A stretch of DNA of 64,000 nt from Octopus vulgaris. Taxonomy: Eukaryota. The stretch's first letter is position 1; every line of letters starts with the position of its first letter. Below, in pieces: positions 25,287-39,018 of this stretch. The stretch lies in NCBI GenBank assembly GCA_951406725.2, contig OX597819.1, positions 123,380,001-123,444,000 of the forward strand. The letters run 5' to 3'. The notes under the pieces are model-generated. The model was given only the letters and a program-made list of their open reading frames with translations. It did no database searches and was not told the origin of the DNA. The translations under genes were made by a program, and so were the position numbers.

Positions 25287-26016
25287 TATATATACATATA
25301 TATAGTGGGGGAAAACAAGTAGAAGAAAACGGAGAAAAAATGGATGTAATTACTGAGTTATTTGCATGTTGAAGAAAGATGTCACTTTTGGAAAAGTAAT
25401 TATAAAAAATAAATAAGTTGATTGGAAGTTGAAAGCTTAAAAAATTTAAGAAAAACGTAAATAGGACCTACATATATGTTTCTGTTGAACCTATTTCTTT
25501 ATTACCCACAAGGGGCTAAACACAGAGGGGACAAACAAGGACAGACATAGGTATTAAGTCGATTACATCGACCCCAATGCGTAACTGGTACTTGATTTAT
25601 CGACCCCGAAAGGATGAAAGGCAAAGTCGACCTCGGCGGAATTCGAACTCACAACGTAATACAGACGAAATACCGCTAAGCATTTCGCCCGGCGTGCTAA
25701 CGTTTCTGCCAGCTCACTGCCTTTCTGTTGAACCATTTAGCTCACCGCCTTTCTGTTGAACCATTTAGTTGAACCTAAGTTGCGTTCGCTGTTTTTGAAC
25801 CCTCGGCACTACAAAACATGCTTAGAGATTCCCATCAACTAAATGGTTCTACAGAAACATATATGTAGGTTTTTCTTAATCTTTTTCAGCTTTCAACTTC
25901 CAATCAATTTATTTATTTATTTATACTGTTCTTTTCCAAAATTGTCATCTTTCTACAACATGCGAAGAAATCAGTACTTACATCCATTTATTCTCTATTT
26001 CTTCTTGTTTACCGCC

Positions 26017-26077
<61 letters not shown>

Positions 26078-26240
26078 TATCTTACCAGACGAGAATCACC
26101 TTTGATGAGACTAAGAGATCATACTATTTCTGTGTGTTGTGCTTCTTCAGTTGCAGCCGTCTAGTCAACGCAAACCAGTCAAATGTCACTGCCAGGGTTA
26201 TGTACGCCGTGGGAGATCCAAGGTAATATCCCACTTGACG
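25071..26240. repeat. Older diverged inverted repeat
   Basis: Arms at about 25071-25485 and 25850-26240 are diverged reverse complements, with a SINE in the spacer. Confidence 0.8.
25492..25722 (-). mobile_element. SINE family 1
   Basis: Full unit flanked by the direct repeat tttctgttgaacc. Confidence 0.9.
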
Positions 26241-26432
26241 TATATGTATGTAATTACTTCCATTTATTCGCCATTTCCTTCTACTTGTTTTTCCCTCAAT
26301 ATTAAAAAATTCAATAATCCTAAACATATAGCATTATATGATACGGATTAAACCGGTGGATTAGGAATATATAATCCTTAATGACGACTTAACTACCTCG
26401 AATTAACTATATATATATATATGTGTGTGTGT

Positions 26433-26838
26433 AAGGCAGCAAGGTGGCAGAAGCGTTAGCACGCCGGGCGAGATGCGTAGCCGTATTCCGTCTGTCGTTA
26501 CGTTCCGAGTTCAAATTCCGCCGAGGTCGACTTTGCCTTTCATCCTTTCGGGATCGATAAATCAAGTACCAGTTACGCACTGGGGTCGATGTAATCGACT
26601 TAATTCTGTCCTTGTTTGACCCGTCTGTGTTTAGCCTCTTGTGATTAGTAAAGGACAGACACATGAATTAAGTCGATTACATCGACCCCAGTGCGTAACT
26701 GGTACTTAATTTATCGACTCCGAAAGGATGAAAGGCAAAGTCGACCTTAGCGGAATTTGAACCCAGAACGTAACGGCAGACGAAATACGGCTACGCATTT
26801 CGCCCGACGTGCTAACGTTTCTGCCAGCTCGCTGCCTT
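26433..26838. mobile_element. Tail-to-tail inverted pair of SINE family 1
   Basis: Plus copy 26433-26650 is directly followed by minus copy 26652-26838. Confidence 0.88.
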
Positions 26839-29110
26839 AAATAAATTGAATATAATTCACACTTAAATGTTGGATTCTAAACCACAGTGAATTACATGAC
26901 ATGTGATAGGAACATCCTAACGCAAAGCGAAGTACTCGAGACGTTAATGTATTTGTAAAAATGCGAAAAGACTAAACTACTCGTCTTCTTGAATATTTTT
27001 AAGAGTACAAAATGGCGTATGCTACTATTTCAAACCTAAGAGTGATAATAATATTTTTGTGATGCTTAATAAAAATAATATTTTACAAAGATCAGCTGCA
27101 ATCTTTGCTGATATAAATAACTATAGTAGGGTTAAGAGTATCATACTCTCTGTAATTAGCAAAATGCTATAATTAATTAGAAATACTTTTATGTTAAAGT
27201 TATAATTAGCTAAAAATAAATTTTTACGATTAGAACAAGAAATCGATTAGTCGACGTCTAATGTAAATTTAACTATTCATATAATCTGAGTTGGTAAGGA
27301 ATAATTTTTTCGAAAAATGTTTTTTTATAAGATAAATTCGTATTTATGGTGGAAACAAGACTATCAAACATGGAAGTTAATGTTTTCTAAGCACAATATT
27401 ATTCCGGAGAGGCGATCCTTAGAGAACATTGTTGGTTGTTTTGTTTAGTTAAGTCTATTAATATTCATCTAATGAAAATTAATACGAATGCCAAACAGGC
27501 ACATTTATAATCATAAATATTAATAGTTAAATATTCAGAGTGTAGTTATAATAGCTTGCAGAAGAATAGATGTATTGAGCGTCGGTATCTACACATACAT
27601 CAAATATCCGAAGCTTATATGAGACGAGTGAAATGCTAGTAACAGCAGCTAAGTGACACACCAGTTATCAAAAAGTGCCCATAAATAGAAAAGAGTTTGA
27701 ATTACAATATTAGGTAGAACTTCTTTGGTCACATGTCATACATGAGAGTTAAACTTGGGCTACATGAAAAAACGCTTGCCAAAACACTTCGTAAATATTT
27801 TTGGCTGAAACCTGTAGGCCAAAATTATTAATATGTAGAAAAGAGCCATGGGTCTTTTTCAAGACTGTATGTGTTGTAAACCAATAACATTTCTGTTCAC
27901 ACACACACACTGTTTAACTTATAATAATTCCTTCAGAATCATCATATATTCAAGATTACCTTCATGCAGTAAACTTTTACAAGCAAGAAATCCTTGCAGC
28001 CTACCCTAGCTTTCAATCATGTGGTTAACGTCTTATAAGGCCATGACATTTAAAGCATTCAGAATTATTAATAACAAGCATTTACAAGTTTAACACAATG
28101 GCCGAAGGAAATATTTGTACAAAAATACTGTTCACGATTAATTTTACAATAATGCATCTATGTAATTAGAACAAAATTTACTTGATGGATGAAAATTATA
28201 CAAAAAGTAAAAGACACACTTGAGAGCGTCTTAGACTTGGTATCAACTAAATGAAAAGTTCTTATGGTTAATCAATAAATTTGTTTCAGTTTGTATAAAT
28301 ATTAGGCTGATATTAGAGAATTGATGACATACTAACATTTCATGTTAGCATAACATGAAGGGTCCCATTTCGAGATTTCGATAGACCGAATGAAAAGCAT
28401 GCAAATATCATAGACATTATGGGTGAACAGATGTATTGAATACGTGTTAATATGCAAATATGCTATATCTCTTTATTTCTAGTGTGCATTATTAACCTAA
28501 TTTAAAAAATTAATAAGCATTCACTTCATACTTTCTGTGATTACTAGCTTGGATATTTATTTAATTGGAATCAAGTACAGATTACATAAAGCTTAAATGA
28601 CCTTCAAAATTTGTGTTTGTATCTGCAATTCGATTGGACAAATACGTCCATCGAAATATATTGTCAATAAAATTATATAAAAAAGCAAAATGAAAAAGTG
28701 ATTTTTGTCAGTGAGGATTAAGTAGGATTTTAATAGTATTAATATTTTTGATTTCTTTTAGGAGTGTGTTTTATATTTCTACTAAAAGACCGGCATTTTG
28801 ATTCCACAAATTATTCGAAGAATGAGTATGCAACTAAACTTATAATGTGCCAATATGATTAACCTTTTAAAAATGTATAAACTTTAAACTATGAATAATG
28901 AGGGACAGAAATTTTGTTATAAATGTTTTATTCGGCAACTACAGTCGCTGCAAGTGTTACATCACATATGCGTGTAATAGTATGCAAAACGTTTTATGTA
29001 TGTATATTTACATGAACATGCGTGTATGTACATATACATATGGATTCATAAATGTGGTTATTCATTGCTGCAGTTACAAAATCATCTAAAAGTAAGTGCC
29101 ATCTCGAATG

Positions 29111-29327
29111 TTATGACTCGTAGAGCCAGATACCAGGTGTTCGTGACGAATAAGTGACGAAGAGGCCACGTGTTGCAGAATCATTCACTTCCAACCGAGC
29201 GAGTTGGACTAACGTGAAATTAAGTGTTTTATTCAAAAACACAACACACAGCCTGGTCCGGGAAGCGAAATCCCGATCTTGCGATCGTAAGTGTAACGCC
29301 CCATCCACTAGGCCAAGTGTTGCACCC
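29111..29327 (-). mobile_element. Diverged tRNA-derived SINE (family 3)
   Basis: A box TGGCCTAGTGG. Body resembles 59130-59470 and 1152-1380. Confidence 0.65.
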
Positions 29328-29337
29328 AAAAATATTA

Positions 29338-29400
<63 letters not shown>

Positions 29401-29422
29401 TGTATGTATGTATGTATGTATA

Positions 29423-29600
29423 TGGAGAGTTTACGAAAAAACAAAAGACGAAGACAGGTGGTGTACAAAACAAACAGATGTGTTAGTATAACGCTCGGGA
29501 ATAGAAAAAGTCTTTTACATTTCGAGCCTACGCTCTTCTACAGAAAGGGACACAGAAAAAACAAGCAGAGAAAAAAAGGAGAACTTCTTTGGTCACATGT
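29423..29600 (-). mobile_element. Short microsatellite-anchored repeat F with minimal HHR variant (29512-29547)
   Basis: Three copies in the window (also 47191 and 60272). cttt-CTGTAGA-a-gagc-gtag-gctc-GAAAT-GTA-aaag. Confidence 0.8.
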
Positions 29601-29715
29601 CATACATATATATATATATATATATATATGTAGGTCCAGGGTTGATTCGGGGTTAACCACAGTAAGTAAGGTACTCAATACATAGCAGAGTAAAATTAAT
29701 TTATTATATAGAAGG

Positions 29716-29765
29716 AGCTTCTACAGGACTAGTACTGTTTCATTCAAGAGAAATCTTCAGAAGCT
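29716..29765 (-). ncRNA. Hammerhead ribozyme, left arm (one C missing in helix I)
   Basis: agctt-CTGAAGA-tttctcttgaat-GAAACAG-tactagtc-CTGTA-gaagct. Confidence 0.75.
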
Positions 29766-30147
29766 ATTTAACAAGAATTGTATTAGCATTTATACATTTA
29801 GGCAGGTTTAAAGGAGTGGTGGTGGGGGACTTTTTTGGGGGTAGGCATAGCGCAAAATATCATACTTGGGGGAGTGGTCAAGGAGTCAGTGGTAAGTTAG
29901 ATGAAAGAATAGATAAATAAAAAAATAAAATAATAAAATAAAAAAAATAAAAAAATAAATAAATAAATAAATAAAAAAAAATAAAAAAATAAAAAAATAA
30001 AATAATAAAAAAATAAAAAATATATATAAAAAATATATATATAAAAAAATATATATATAAAAAAAGGGGGATAGAGTTATAGGTAAATAAGGAGATTCTC
30101 ACTTATACCTATACACATATGTATGCGTATCTACACACATATATATA

Positions 30148-30189
<42 letters not shown>

Positions 30190-30493
30190 TATATACACAT
30201 ATACATACATATCTACATACACACATACATACACCCGCCCACATATACAAATTTATACACATGCACATGCATATACCTGTCTACACATACACACACGTAT
30301 ATATGCATACACTCACTCCCATGCATGCACGCATACACACATGTATATATATACACACACGACCACACATACATATATACACAGAAAAATATATATTCAT
30401 ACGCACATACACTCATGCACACACAACACACCTAGTTCCCTATATACACATATTTACACCTATATATACAAACACCCACATACACATATGTAC

Positions 30494-30528
<35 letters not shown>

Positions 30529-30633
30529 CATATACACGCATACATATATATACATGTGTGCACATACATACACATACACATATACATACACACACACATA
30601 CACATGTGTACCTATACATACCTACACATACAC

Positions 30634-30678
<45 letters not shown>

Positions 30679-31004
30679 CCAATACAGGCCCATTCCCTAA
30701 TTTTAATTTTATTATCTTCATTTATTACTTTTGTTATCTTTGATCGCTAGAGCTAAGGATCCTGGCTATGGCAGCATGTCCATTTGTCTGTCTACTAGAA
30801 GGCAAGTACTCATTCCCGCACGCCCACTCATTAGCACGTACATTCACCCATTCGTACACTCATACACATACACGTACGCACGCGTTATATTCATACATAC
30901 AAACATCTACATACGTTCACGTATATACACATACGTACTCGTACCTACAGATTCGTGTCTACACTTTAGGAGGCTAGTCTATACATATACACCAATAAAT
31001 ATAC

Positions 31005-31035
<31 letters not shown>

Positions 31036-31075
31036 TACACACACACACATATACTCCTACATACAGATACATACC

Positions 31076-31127
<52 letters not shown>

Positions 31128-31333
31128 CATACACACACACACATATATATACACACACATACATACACATATATATACATACACAAACATATATACACAC
31201 ATATATATATATATATATACACACATACACACACATACATACATATACACACAAACACATACATACGTATACATACATACATACATCCATACATCCATAC
31301 TTACATGCATTTATACGCATACACACACCCCCA

Positions 31334-31370
<37 letters not shown>

Positions 31371-31427
31371 TCACACATACATATACAAATATACGCACAC
31401 ACATACATACATACACGTATACGCATA

Positions 31428-31853
31428 CACGCACATACACATATACATGCGTACCCATACACGTGCACACACGCACGTGCATCCATATATATATACACAC
31501 ACACATATATACACGTGTGCAAGCATACATACATACTCATACACACACACATACTTACATATACATATATGCACACACTTACACACATATATACATACAC
31601 ATATACATGCATACATACATATATGCATACATACACATACACGCACATACACATATACATGCGTACCCATACACGTGCACACACGCACGCGCATCCATAT
31701 ATATACACACACACACATATATACACGTGTGCAAGCATACATACATACTCATACACGCACACATACTTACATATACATATATGCACACACTTACACACAT
31801 ATATACATACACATATACATGCATACATACATATATGCATACATACACACACG
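31428..31853. repeat. Two tandem units of about 212 bp inside the cryptic (CA/TA) array
   Basis: gcgtacccatacacgtgcac...gtgtgcaagcatac occurs twice and is mirrored at about 35075-35510. Confidence 0.8.
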
Positions 31854-31857
31854 CGCA

Positions 31858-31911
<54 letters not shown>

Positions 31912-32200
31912 CACATATACACACACACATACATACACACATACATATACATACACATACACATACATACATATATATATATATATACACATATATACAC
32001 ATATACACATACATATATACACATATACATACATATACATACACACACACATACATATATACATATACACTGATACACATACCCATACATATATATATAT
32101 ATATACACACACACATATATACACATGCATATACTTATATCTCTACATACTCACATATAAACATATATATACATACACACATATATATATACATGTACAT

Positions 32201-32235
<35 letters not shown>

Positions 32236-32237
32236 CC

Positions 32238-32273
<36 letters not shown>

Positions 32274-33163
32274 TACATATACATATACATGTATACATAC
32301 GCAATAATGATACACATATATACACATACACACACACAGACAGATGCATATACATACATATATATATAAATTACATATCTACATAAATACATACATAATA
32401 CACATATACACACACATATATATATACATGCATATACATATACAAATATACATACACATACATACACACACACACACACACATACATATACACACACACA
32501 TATACAAATACATACATACACACATACACACACACACATATATACATACATGTACACACATACATATATATATATATCAACAAGGGAGGGTAAAGTTAAT
32601 TAGTTATTAATCGATTTCACCAAGTATTCAGTATGTAAAGGGACCATTATTATTTTGAGTAAACAATGTTAGAGGGAAAAAAATTCTCTAAGTAGTGGAA
32701 GAGGCTAAAAAACTTTATTGGCTGCTATTTCTAGAAAGTTTAGTATGTGGCAAAGTAATTTATTTTATTTTACTAAGCCCTAATTATATAATATTTTATA
32801 CACACATACACATACATAAACACATACATTTACACATACATATGCATATACGTATATACACATATACATACAAACACATATACATATATACACACACACA
32901 CACATACAAGCACATACATATATATATATATATATACATATATGCAAATATATATACATATATATATTTTTACATGCATACATACACACACACACACATA
33001 ATACATGCGTATATTCCTACTGTACCCATGCATTTCTATACATATATACATACATACGATACACATATACAAGCGTGCACATACAATATGTGAAAGGTCT
33101 TAGGAGAAAAGGTGCAGGGGGGGGGTTGGGGGGGTTGTGGGGGGGGTTGTAGGGGGGTTGTCA

Positions 33164-33425
33164 TCAATCAGGTTGCCGGGTAGGTCTATAGTTCTTGTAG
33201 TTCGCATACTTCTTATGCATGCAATTTGGGGAGTGTTCTGAAAATTTGTTAAGGAGAGGGCCTTTGGCGAACAAGATCTCTAGGCTCTCTGATATGCATA
33301 GGTCACAGCAGGTATGTCCTCCTGTGTACGAGCGCGCCTTCTGTAGTAGTTTCCACTTGGTCTTGAAGGGGATTGAGTTCCTTTTAAGGTACCAGATGTG
33401 GGCGGCGAGTTGATTTTTGTTGATT
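33164..33425 (-). pseudogene. GIY-YIG endonuclease C-terminal fragment
   Basis: KNQLAAHIWYLKRNSIPFKTKWKLLQKARSYTGGHTCCDLCISESLEILFAKGPLLNKFSEHSPNCMHKK...stop. This frame is not in the ORF track. Confidence 0.88.
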
Positions 33426-33462
33426 TTTTGTTAAGACTTTTCTTTTCTATGACGGATCCCAC

Positions 33463-33810
33463 TGGATCAACAAAAAATCTGTGACCCCCTTCGACGTCAG
33501 CATGGTGCTAACGACTCTGCTGAAATAAGTGACCTAATGGGCCTTTTCATCCTTCATAGGCTGAAAACCCTATTCACAGGCCTCTCCGGTGGTCTACTAC
33601 AGCTGTGATGACTCGCCATTTCGCCCTCCACAATTTGTACCCCAGGAGCCTACGGATGGGTTCTTGATACAATTTTCAGACACTTCTTTAAAAACTTAGG
33701 CCATAGCATTACCCTAGATATGCAACTTAACTAAGGCTAACTTCCTAGACCTCACCCTCGACTTAAAAACGGTGATTTGACAACCCGTACCCCAATACCA
33801 AATGCACTCT
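33463..33810 (+). pseudogene. PLE reverse transcriptase fragment, frameshifted
   Basis: PFDVSM / ANDSAEISDLMGLFILHRL...SGGL / FFKNLGHSIT / NLTKANFLDLTLDLK. Confidence 0.85.
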
Positions 33811-34666
33811 CTAAGACCTTTCTAGATGTCAATGTGCAACCACTCCAGAAATATATGTAGATATCATAGTAATATAGTATATATGTATAAATGCATCCGC
33901 CACGGAAGCTTTAAGGCCGCAGCCCCCTATTACAACGAGGCATGTGTGTATGTATGCATGTAAAGAATATATATATGTATATATATTTGCATATATGTAT
34001 ATATATATATATATATATGTATGTGCTTGTATGTGTGTGTGTGTGTGTATATATGTATATGTGTTTGTATGTATATGTGTATATACGTATATGCATATGT
34101 ATGTGTAAATGTATGTGTTTATGTATGTGTATGTATGTATAAAATATTATATAATTAGGGCTTAGTAAAATAAAATAAATTACTTTGCCACATACTAAAC
34201 TTTCTAGAAATAGCAGCCAATAAAGTTTTTTAGCCTCTTCCACTACTTAGAGAATTTTTTTCCCTCTAACATTGTTTACTCAAAATAATAATGGTCCCTT
34301 TACATACTGAATACTTGGTGAAATCGATTAATAACTAATTAACTTTACCCTCCCTTGTTGATATATATATATATGTATGTGTGTACATGTATGTATATAT
34401 GTGTGTGTATGTATGTGTGTATGTATGTATTTGTATATGTGTGTGTGTATATGTATGTGCGCGCGTGTGTGTGTATGTATGTGTATGTATATTTGTATAT
34501 GTATATGCATGTATATATATATGTGTGTGTATATGTGTATTATGTATGTATTTATATAGATATGTAATTTATATATATATGTATGTATATGCATCTGTCT
34601 GTGTGTGTGTATGTGTATATATGTGTATCATTATTATGTATGTATACATGTATATGTGTATATGTA

Positions 34667-34704
<38 letters not shown>

Positions 34705-35563
34705 GGTATATATGTATATATATATATATATATGTATGTGTATGTACATGTATATATATATGTGTGTATGTATATATATGTTTATATGTGAGTATGTAGA
34801 GATATAAGTATATGCATGTGTATATGTGTGTGTATATATATATATATATATGTATGGGTATGTGTATCAGTGTATATGTATATATGTATGTGTGTGTGTA
34901 TGTATATGTATGTATATGTGTATATATGTATGTGTATATGTGTATATATGTGTATATATATATATATATATGTATGTGTATGTGTATGTATATGTATGTG
35001 TGTATGTATGTGTGTGTGTGTATATATGTATATATATATGTATATATATATGTATATATATGTATATATATGAGTGCGCGTGTGTGTATGTATGCATATA
35101 TGTATGTATGCATGTATATGTGTATGTATATATGTGTGTAAGTGTGTGCATATATGTATATGTAAGTATGTGTGCGTGTATGAGTATGTATGTATGCTTG
35201 CACACGTGTATATATATGTGTGTGTGTGTATATATATGGATGCGCGTGCGTGTGTGCACGTGTATGGGTACGCATGTATATGTGTATGTGCGTGTATGTG
35301 TATGTATGCATATATGTATGTATGCATGTATATGTGTATGTATATATGTGTGTAAGTGTGTGCATATATGTATATGTAAGTATGTGTGTGTGTATGAGTA
35401 TGTATGTATGCTTGCACACGTGTATATATGTGTGTGAGTGTATATATATGGATGCACGTGCGTGTGTGCACGTGTATGGGTACGCATGTATATGTGTATG
35501 TGCGTGTATGCGTATACGTGTATGTATGTATGTGTGTGCGTATATTTGTATATGTATGTGTGA

Positions 35564-35608
<45 letters not shown>

Positions 35609-35706
35609 TGGGGGTGTGTGTATGCGTATAAATGCATGTAAGTATGGATGTATGGATGTATGTATGTATGTATACGTATGTATGTGTTTGTGTGTATATG
35701 TATGTA

Positions 35707-35757
<51 letters not shown>

Positions 35758-35824
35758 ATATATGTTTGTGTATGTATATATATGTGTATGTATGTGTGTG
35801 TGTGTATATATATGTGTGTGTGTG

Positions 35825-35880
<56 letters not shown>

Positions 35881-35923
35881 GGTATGTATCTGTATGTAGG
35901 AGTATATGTGTGTGTGTGTATGT

Positions 35924-35955
<32 letters not shown>

Positions 35956-36275
35956 TTATTGGTGTATATGTATAGACTAGCCTCCTAAAGTGTAGACACG
36001 AATCTGTAGGTACGAGTACGTATGTGTATATACGTGAACGTATGTAGATGTTTGTATGTATGAATATAACGCGTGCGTACGTGTATGTGTATGAGTGTAC
36101 GAATGGGTGAATGTACGTGCTAATGAGTGGGCGTGCGGGAATGAGTACTTGCCTTCTAGTAGACAGACAAATGGACATACTGCCATAGCCAGGATCCTTA
36201 GCTCTAGCGATCAAAGATAACAAAAGTAATAAATGAAGATAATAAAATTAAAATTAGGGAATGGGCCTGTATTGG

Positions 36276-36322
<47 letters not shown>

Positions 36323-36427
36323 GTGTATGTGTAGGTATGTATAGGTACACATGTGTATGTGTGTGTGTATGTATATGTGTATGTGTATGTATGTGCACAC
36401 ATGTATATATATGTATGCGTGTATATG

Positions 36428-36461
<34 letters not shown>

Positions 36462-36766
36462 TGTACATATGTGTATGTGGGTGTATGTATATATAGGTGT
36501 AAATATGTGTATATAGGGAACTAGGTGTGTTGTGTGTGCATGAGTGTATGTGCGTATGAATATATATTTTTCTGTGTATATATGTATGTGTGGTCGTGTG
36601 TGTATATATATACAAGTGTGTATGCGTGCATGCATGGGAGTGAGTGTATGCATATATACGTGTGTGTATGTGTAGACAGGTATATGCATGTGCATGTGTA
36701 TAAATTTGTATATGTGGGCGGGTGTATGTATGTGTGTATGTAGATATGTATGTATATGTGTATATA

Positions 36767-36812
<46 letters not shown>

Positions 36813-37193
36813 TATATATATGTGTGTAGATACGCATACATATGTGTATAGGTATAAGTGAGAATCTCCTTATTTACCTATAACTCTATCCCCCTTTTTT
36901 ATATATATATTTTTTTATATATATATTTTTTATATATATTTTTTATTTTTTTATTTTTTTATTTTTTTATTTTTTTATTTTTTTTTATTTATTTATTTTT
37001 TTATTTTTTTATTTTTTTATTTTATTATTTTATTTTTTTTATTTATCTATTCTTTCATCTAACTTACCACTGACTCCTTGACCACTCCCCCAAGTATGAT
37101 ATTTTGCGCTATGCCTACCCCCAAAAAAGTCCCCCACCACCACTCCTTTAAACCTGCCTAAATGTATAAATGCTAATACAATTCTTGTTAAAT

Positions 37194-37244
37194 AGCTTCC
37201 TGAAGATTTCTCTTGAATGAAACAGTACTAGTCCTGTAGAAGCT
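37194..37244 (+). ncRNA. Type I hammerhead ribozyme, right arm, with monomeric helix III
   Basis: agcttc-CTGAAGA-t-ttc(tctt)gaa-t-GAAACAG-tactagtc-CTGTA-gaagct. Predicted cleavage after 37238. Confidence 0.85.
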
Positions 37245-37619
37245 CCTTTTATATAATAAATATATATATATATATATATATACGCACGCGCACGCGCGCA
37301 CACATATACACACACATGTATACATATATATAAGCACACAATTAGCATATGTTTGCCAGCACCAAAAGTAAAGATACCTATTTAGTGAGCTACTTACAGT
37401 CTCATGAAAACATGTCCGTTTTATAATATCACTTCAGTATTCAATACGGAAAGGCTTTATATCTCAATCAGCATGCAACATGAACAAGAAAAACACATCA
37501 ATCTGCCTTAGTTGAGCTACAACCCCGGTTTTGGTTCATGCAAAAAAAATTGAACAATGATCAAGATTGTACATTTCATTATTAAGTGTATAATTACTGT
37601 TGTAATTATTATTATTCTC

Positions 37620-38390
37620 ACGCTTATTATTTTTCCTTCGTAACACAGTGTAGGTAAAAATGCACCAGATTCTTTAGTCATCTGTCAAGTTACAAAAAGG
37701 ACAGATAATACTTGCCTTAAGATGTGCGCTGTGCCCAATAAGTCTGTTTTTTGCAAGACATCAGTCTTGCATGGGATTTCCAGTTGCCTTATGTTTTGAG
37801 GTTTCACTGGGATTGAACCCAACATTCCGATCACCACTGGCATCACTTTTACAGCAACCTTCTCGCATTCCATACAGTCTTGTCATTTCCATTTTCAATT
37901 CGGAGAACTTGGTGATTTATTCAACCTCTTTACTCACAATATTCATGTCATTTGCTATAGCTACATCAATGATCTGACAGTATTTGTCTCTCTTATTCAA
38001 TATGATAATACACGGCAGATCCGTCTAAAAATCCTAATCCAAGAGTATCGATACTTTTCCATCCTCCTGCACAACCTTGCTCATACCACATCTCTGTTAC
38101 TTCAGATTGGTATTTACGACATATGAAATAATTACGATACACACACGTCTTGATAGTTCCCATCCACATTGCATCCCTTTTATGCACCATATTGTTTCCC
38201 CATAATCCGCTCAAGAATTCCTTGGCATGATTTGCATCAGGAGCAACATTTTTCCCTATTATCTCCTAACGTTCGGAAGAATTGCTCCGGGTTATTTTTG
38301 AGATGATTCTTTCTGTTCTGATCTTCTGCCTTTTTGCCATGATCCTCTGTTTTAGCTGCTCTAATACTGCATCAAACCCGTTCTTCCGTA
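37620..38390 (-). pseudogene. R4/Dong-like non-LTR retrotransposon, RLE domain remnants
   Basis: VKVMPVVIGMLG...LQKTDLLGTAHILRQVL, CQIIDVAIA and WYE motifs, next to (TTA/TTG)n. Confidence 0.8.
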
Positions 38391-38404
38391 TTATTATTAT
38401 TGTT

Positions 38405-38446
<42 letters not shown>

Positions 38447-38598
38447 ATTTTTGTTGTAATTATTTCTTTATAATTCATTATTAATATATGTTTGGCTTTT
38501 GTTTTGTATTCGTACAAGTTGGCTCAAGTCTCACCCAGATACCTCAAGAAACAACAAGTCAGAAGTTCAAGTTATGACTAGGGTGCCGTGTATTTGGC

Positions 38599-39018
38599 GG
38601 ATCATTTCGGTTTGAACGGCAGTTTTTAACATATTTTCTAGGTAACTAAAAAATGTTAAACTTCGTATACTGGTAGAATGTATTTATAAAAAATCTTTTT
38701 CTCTTGGCTTTATTGAGAAAATTCTATAGTTTGTAAGATATTTGTTGTTGTTTCTTCTTCAATTTCTGCAATTCCAACCAATCAGTGATGTCTATTGAGT
38801 TAAAAAGCATTCTGTGCCGTATGAATATGTCCCTCGTTTAAGAAACAGATTGGGTTTATTTACATTTGTGAAGAACAAAAAAAGATACCCTTCCCCCACC
38901 CCTAACCCTAACCCTAAAAGAGATTGAAATGCAATAGATCGATTCTAGGGTCATAATTATGGGTGACAATTTCATATGACACCGCTAGAAAAAACTGCCG
39001 TTCAAACCGAAAAGATCC
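38599..39018. mobile_element. MITE with about 29-bp TIRs, 8-bp TSD and internal (CCCTAA)3
   Basis: ggatcatttcggtttgaacggcagttttt / aaaaactgccgttcaaaccgaaaagatcc. TSD tatttggc/tatttggt. Interrupts an R4-like 3' UTR. Confidence 0.88.

Larger units (their letters stand above)
29631..37261. mobile_element. 7.6-kb palindromic head-to-head PLE insertion (Naiad-like) with microsatellite-rich 3' UTRs
   Basis: Inverted arms at about 29700-32990 and 33943-37261. The spacer holds GIY-YIG (-) and RT (+) fragments. HHR at each outer end, (TA)n flanks. Confidence 0.92.

Noticed and set aside
30119-36841. Long ORFs of up to 551 aa rich in Y/I/H/T or V/C/M
   Set aside because: Translations of (TA/CA/TG) microsatellite sequence that lacks stops. 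Open in many frames on both strands.
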